Shown here piece after piece: positions 62,864-64,000 of a stretch of 64,000 bases of DNA (its first letter is position 1; each line of letters starts with the position of its first letter). The stretch lies in the NCBI GenBank assembly GCA_964106645.2, contig OZ067042.1. One strand, 5' to 3'. The translations under genes were made by a program, and so were the position numbers. Below the pieces are notes generated by a model. It was not told the DNA's origin. It worked only from the letters and a program-made list of their open reading frames with translations, and made no database searches. The DNA is from Podarcis pityusensis (Eukaryota).

Positions 62864-64000
62864 TTCAAGGTACGATTAGCCTTCCATGATTAACACCTCA
62901 CTTCTTAACATGTTAATCAACCTTCAGTACATTTAATATTAATCAATGTAAAAATTTACTTTTATCTTGTTTATGTTGTAATGATGTAATGTAATGTTCT
63001 GTAAAGTAATTTTCTTAATAACAAAGAACATACGTAACTTGGGAGCGGGGGGAGGGAACTAAGTTGAGCCAGTTTGAAAGCACCTTCTGTTCTCATCTTG
63101 TATGTGTGTTTATTTTTTCACATCAGAACTGGGTGGATAAGGATTGGCTTGATCAGGATATTTGGAAGTTCTTAGAATTCAAAAAAATATTAATAAAAGT
63201 CACTGCTGTTGCCAAGGAATAGGATCACCCAAAATTCATACAGCCTTAAAATCATTAAGGTGAAAGATAGCATTTGAATCTCAACTTTATCCACTCTAGA
63301 ATCTAGACATTTATAATGCATATTTATAGTCATATTGGAGATTAATAGCATGTGAGTTTGAAAGAGATACTCTGGATTCACTACAGTTTAGACAGCCCAT
63401 TGAGTCTGTTGCTGAAGTTACCTGTCAGCCAAAAATTTGTCTCTTGGAAATGCAGGATGTTTACTTAAGTTACATAAAGGACCATGTCCTTCTGCCAATT
63501 AACCTTTTGGCAGCTCTTTCTGGGCCTAAAGAAAAAGTATATTTCTGCTTCAAGTTTCAGACAAAAAGCAGATGAACAGTAAATATACCAGGGAGTAGCA
63601 CATATTCCACATAATTTTTTTAATCCGTCTGTAATGTTCTGATGTCAGATGGAAGTGCTTGTCTGCAGGTTCCAAAGAATATATTGGACAAAATGGAGTG
63701 TTGGTTTACCTTTTTAGTGGGTCACGAAATCACTTGTCTACTCCATATTAATTGATCCAAAAATAGCAATCACATGTTGTTTCTATATTTCAGGCCAAGC
63801 GAAAGGCAAATGGCGCCCTGTCTTTTCCAAAACATCTGGAGGGTGCCATCTTGTTTTCCCTTGATATAGGTGCTTAGCATAGCTGCCATATTGATTTTAT
63901 TGGACAGGAGACATAGCAACATTCCTATTTTGTAATTCCCATTTAATTTGGGACTTCTGCAATTTCCAACAATAAAATAAAATGTTGATTATTTTTACAT

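Noticed and set aside
60000-64000. Expected neighbour DCLRE1A on the minus strand (human synteny)
   Set aside because: I found no recognisable DCLRE1A coding motif; its UTR could be present but cannot be supported.

Overview
This is eukaryotic, intron-rich vertebrate DNA. Sauria SINEs, BovB, CR1, L1 and Penelope fragments indicate a squamate, probably a lacertid lizard (inference). Two spliced protein-coding genes lie on the + strand in the conserved vertebrate order. CASP7 has 6 coding exons (1408-26181, about 298 aa) with intact SHG and QACRG catalytic motifs. PLEKHS1 has 14 modelled coding exons (34399-55532, about 452 aa) with a PH domain, a YMPM motif and a PDZ-like C-terminus. The 19.7 kb CASP7 intron holds a full-length antisense L1 (4104-10448, exact 18-bp TSD). 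Its only visible lesion is a 232-bp Penelope-type pseudo-LTR insertion (exact 12-bp TSD) that forms a perfect 77-bp inverted repeat and carries a minimal hammerhead ribozyme. Other highlights are an inverted Sauria SINE pair bracketing one frame-symmetric PLEKHS1 exon, a branched CpG-rich palindrome inside a hAT-like element in the last CASP7 intron, and a candidate 9-nt ATG-bearing microexon. I see no prokaryotic systems, CRISPR arrays, rRNA or true tRNA genes. There is one 200-N assembly gap. All calls were made by eye; no searches or folding were run.
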